DNA from: Squalus acanthias
Taxonomy: Eukaryota
Reading direction: 5' to 3'
Assembly (NCBI GenBank): GCA_030390025.1
Contig: JASTWF010000368.1
Span: forward strand, 62,001 to 126,000
Length of the DNA stretch: 64,000 nt
In this document: in pieces, positions 59,801-64,000 of the stretch
Numbering within the stretch: position 1 is the stretch's first letter
Layout of the letters: each line of letters opens with the position of its first letter
Program-made: the position numbers and the translations under genes
Notes under the pieces: model-generated
Seen by the model: the letters and a program-made list of their open reading frames with translations, nothing else
The model's database searches: none
Told to the model about the DNA's origin: nothing

Positions 59801-62212
59801 TGTGAGGCACCAGTGCTAACCACTATGCCACTATGCCACCGTGTATTCCATCACACTCCTTACTTGTGCCTTATAGATGGTGGAAAGGCTTTGGGGAGTC
59901 AGGGGGTGAGACACTCACTGCAGAATACCCAGCCTCTGACCTGCTCTTGTTGCCACAGTAGTTATGTGGCTGGTTCAGTTAAGTTTATGGTCAATGGTAA
60001 CCCCCAGGATGTTGATGGTGGGGGATTCGGCGAAGTTAATGCCGTTGAATGTCAAGGGGAGGTGGTTAGACTCTCGCTTGTTGGAGATAGTCATTGCCTG
60101 GCACTTCTGTGGCGCGAATGTTACCTGCCACTTATCAGCCCAAGCCTGAACGTCATCCAGGTCTTGTCGCATGCGGGCATGGATTGCTTCATTATCTGAG
60201 GAGTTGTGAATTGCGCTGAACACTGTGCAGTCATCAGCGAACATCCCCATTTCTGACCTTATGTTGGAGGGAAGGTCATTGATGAAGCAGGTGAAGATGG
60301 TTGGGCCTAGGACAGTGCCCTGAGGAACTCCTGCAGCGATGTCCTGGGGCTGTGATGATTGACCTTCAATCACCACAACCATCTTCCTTTGTGCTAGGTA
60401 TGACTCCAGCCAGTGGAGAGTTTTCCCCCTGATTCCCATTGACTTCAGTTTTACTGGGGCTCCTTGATGCCACACTCGGTCAAATGCTGCCTTGATGTCA
60501 AGGGCAGTCACTCTCACCTCACCTCTGGAATTCAGCTCCTTGGTCCATGTTTGGACCAAGGCTGTAATGAGGTTGGGAGCAGTGTGGCCTTGGCGGAACC
60601 CAAACTGGGCATCGGTGAGCAGGTTATTGGTGAGTAAGTGCCGCTTGATAGCACTGTCGATGACACCTTCCATCACTTTGCTGATGATTGAGAGTAGACT
60701 GATGGGGCGATAATTGGCCGGGTTGGATTTGTCCTGCTTTTTGTGGACATGACATACCTGGGCAGTTTTCCACATTGTCGGATAGATGCCAGTGTTGTAG
60801 CTGTACTGGAACAGATTAGCTGGAGGCGCGGCTAGTTCTGGAGCACAAGTCTTCAGCACGATAGCCAGGAGGTTGTCAGGGCCCATAGCCTTTGCTGTAT
60901 CCAGTGCGCTCAGCCGTTTCTTGATATCACGTGGAGTGAATCGAATTGGCTGAAGACTGGCTTCTGTGATGGTGGGGACCTCGGGAGTAGGCCGATATGG
61001 ATCATCCACTCGGCACTTCTGGCTTGAAGATGGTTGCAAACGCTTCGGCCTTGTCTTTTGCACTCACTTGCTGGGCTCCACGATCATTGAGGATGGGGAT
61101 ATTCATGGAGCCTCCTCCCCCCGTTAGTTGTTTAATGGTCCACCACCATTCACGACTTGTAGATAGTCACTCAAAGTGGATTGAAGTGAAACACATGAGT
61201 TCAAATACTACAACTGAATGTACCATAGATGAGTTGAGGTCTATCTTTGCATGTCATGGCTTACCTGAAGAGCTTGTTTCTGACAATGGCCCTCAGTTCC
61301 GTTCTGTTCTATTCCAAGAATTCATGAAACGGAACGGTATCAAACTCACTCTCGTTCCACCATATCATCCAGCTTCAAACGGGGCAGCCGAAAGGTCAGT
61401 CAGGATAGTAAAAGAAGCTCTCAAAAAGCAAGTGTTGCAGGGGTGTTCGGGACTCAGCATGAAGCAACGTTTGGCAAATTTCTTGCTGAAGTACAGAACT
61501 ACTCCGCACACTACAACTGGATACACCCCAGCAGAACTCTTGATAAAGAGGAGATTGAGAACACGTTTGAGTCTTGTTCAAACAAATTTAGTCTCAAGAG
61601 TTGAACAGAAACAGTTGAGTCAGAAATGTTATTATGACAGCAATCAGAAAGAATGCAGTTTCAAACAAAAACAAGTGTGTTCGTGTTCTCTGTCCCCCAT
61701 GAAAGTCGAGTTCGCACAAGTGGGATGTAGGAAGCATAGTAAAGGTTGGTGGAACCAAGAGATATTTGGTTGAGATTGGTGACAACATTCAAAGTGTTCA
61801 TGTCGATCAAATGATCTCTGCTAGAGATGAACCAACTGCTTGATCATGAGCCACTTGATCATGAACACATACATGAATTTGACGCGGTTCAGACTTCAGT
61901 GACTGAAGTACCAGGTTCGAACAAGCCCGAGATAGAAACAGCATCATCTTTGAGTTCGAAATCAAAACAAAAAAGCCCAAAAATTGGCTCGACACCAAAA
62001 CCTTCTGTGAGGAGATCAGGAAGGCTCCACAAACCTGTTATTAAACTGGATTTGCAGTTCATTTAAAAGAGAGAAGTTTTTGTTATGTGGTACATGTAAT
62101 GCTGGGAAAGGTGGTTCCATAGTTTTGTTGTATTTAAGAGGGGAATATGTGCATTTTTTTAAGGAGGAAAGCAGTGTAATGTATTATCACATGGTTTGGT
62201 ATGAGCATGCAC
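56847..62212 (+). mobile_element. Ty3/Gypsy LTR retrotransposon, decayed pol (PR end, RT, RNase H, IN), PPT and start of 3' LTR
   Basis: VRLCGDYKVTIN, FSKLDLSHAYAQ, NQDDVLI, LACDASSYGVGAV, TDHKPL, HTEHPG..CSICQ, VSDNGPQF..YHPASNGAAER; purine tract 62161-62174 then TGTAATG; several frameshifts. Confidence 0.93.
58881..61156 (-). mobile_element. FADDC-type LINE inserted in the Gypsy integrase, itself holding a CR1 tail and V-SINE (59393-59843)
   Basis: 362-aa RT ORF: KAMGPD, NYRPISLLS, LDIKAAFDRVWH, GVPQGTVLGP, FADDC. Confidence 0.93.
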
Positions 62213-62903
62213 GTTTTTTTTAATTCGTTTATGGGATGTGGGCGTCGCTGGCAAGGCCAGCATTTATTGCCCATCCCTAATTGCCCTTGAGAAGGTGGTG
62301 GTGAGCCGCCTTCTTGAACCGTTGCAGTCCGTGTGGTGAAGGTACTCCCACAGTGCTGTTAGGTAGGGAGTTCCAGGATTTAAATCCAGCGACGATGAAG
62401 GATCGGTGATATATTCCCAAATCAGGATGGTGTGTGACTTGGAGGGGAACTTGGAGGTGGTGGTGTTCCCATGCGCCTGCTGCCCTTGTCCTTCTAGGTG
62501 GAAGAGGTCGCGGGTATAGGAGGTGCTGCCGAAGAAGCCTTGGCGAGTTGCTGCAGTGCATCTTGTAGATGGTACACACTGCTGCCACGGTGCGCCGGTG
62601 GTGGAGGGAGTGAATGTTTAAGGTGGTGGATGGGGTGCCAATCAAGCGGGCTGCTTTGTCCTGGATGTTGTCGAGCTTCTTGAGTGTTGTTGGAGCTGCA
62701 ACTCATCCAGGCAAGTGGAGATTATTCCATCACACTCCTTACTTGTGCCTTGTAGATGGTGGAACGGCTTTGGGGAGTCAGGAGGTGAGACACTCGTCGC
62801 AGAATACCTAGCCTCTGACCAGCTCTTGTTGCCACAGTAATTATGTGGCTGGTCCAGTTATGTTTCTGATCAATGGTGACCCCCAGGATGTTGATGGTGG
62901 GGA
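62213..62903 (-). mobile_element. FADDC-type LINE 3' fragment
   Basis: Reverse complement of sequence at 33790-34480. Confidence 0.9.
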
Positions 62904-62964
62904 ACAGTCGCTCTGGCCTAGTAAAGCAAGCACATGGATGAGCAGCTCATCCAGTCTCTGTCCT

Positions 62965-63848
62965 TCAGTGTCAACTGCGGCTCAGTGGGTAACACACTCG
63001 CCTCCATGTCAGAAGGTTGTGGGCTCAAGTCCCGCTCCAGGGACTTGAACACAAAAATCCAGGCCGACACTCCAGTGCAGTACTGAGGGAGCGCTGCACT
63101 GTCGGAGGGGCAGTACTGAGGGAGCGCCGCACTGTCAGAGGGGCAGTACTGAGGGAGAGCCGCACTGTCGGGGGGCAGTACTGAGGGAGAGCCGCACTGT
63201 CGGGGGGCAGTACTGAGGGAGCGCCGCACTGTCAGAGGGGCAGTACTGAGGGAGTGATGCACTGTCGGAGGGGCAGTACTGAGGGAGCGCTGCACTGTCG
63301 GAGGGGCAGTACTGAGGGAGCGTGCACTGTCGGAGGGGCAGTACTGAGGGAGCGCTGCACTGTCGGAGGGGCAGTACTGAGGGAGCTCCGCTGCACTGTC
63401 GGAGGGACAGTACTGAGGGAGCGCCGCACTGTCGGAGGGGCAGTACTGAGGGAGCGCTGCACTGTCGGAGGGGCAGTACTGAGGGATCGTCGCACTGTCG
63501 GAGGTGCCATCTTTCGGATGAGATGTTAAACCGAGGCCCCGTCTGCTCTCTCAGGTGGACGTAAAAGATCCCATGGCCACTATTTCGAAGTAGAGCAGGG
63601 GAGTTATCCCTGGTGTCCTGGGGCCAATATTTATCCCTCGGCCAACATAACAAAAACAGATGATCTGGCCATTATCACATTGCTTGTTTCTGGGATCTTG
63701 CTGTGCACAAATTGGCTGCTGCGTTTCCCACATTATAACAGTGGCTACACTTCAAAAAGTACTTCATTGGCTGTGAAGATGCTTTGGGACATCCGGTGGT
63801 CGTGAAAGGCGCTGTAGAAATGCGAGTCTTTCTTTCTTCTTTCTTTCA
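62965..63848 (+). mobile_element. Full-length Deu-domain SINE with 33-bp internal expansion
   Basis: tRNA-like head (GGCTCAGTGGG..GGCTCAAGTCCC), Deu domain, L2-like tail ending (CTTT)n. Confidence 0.85.
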
Positions 63849-64000
63849 TTTGCTCTACCCACATATATTGCAGCCAAATTCGATTGAAAAGGGAGAAAAC
63901 AGCATGAGTGCGGTGGCAGTGAAAGACGCGATGGGAATGGGAGCACTTTCTTTGAATAAAATCAGTTTGACTTGATGGTGAAAGAAATAATAATTCAGAA

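Overview
Eukaryotic, very repeat-rich genomic DNA, almost certainly from a shark or other elasmobranch (V-domain/HE1-like SINEs, Deu-domain SINEs, abundant CR1/L2). The only host gene I can support is a plus-strand P2X3 purinoceptor (p2rx3). Exons 2-12 (7756-42697) have canonical GT-AG sites, consistent phases and no stops, giving 1114 coding nt; exon 1 lies upstream of the window. Intron 1 holds an antisense, internally deleted endogenous retrovirus with an LTR, an exact 18-nt tRNA-Ser primer-binding site, a gag-like ORF, an integrase remnant and an env-like ORF. Elsewhere are CR1, L2 and a second LINE family, three SINE families, four 3-bp-TSD MITEs, a decayed Gypsy element and about a dozen minisatellite arrays, several grown out of retroelement sub-segments. 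The most notable non-obvious signal is a set of Penelope-like (GIY-YIG) elements from two families carrying seven minimal hammerhead-ribozyme motifs with palindromic stem III, some with inverted ends and one flanked by a ~300-bp direct duplication. Most long ORFs in the supplied track are tandem-repeat artefacts. Repeat boundaries are read by eye and approximate.
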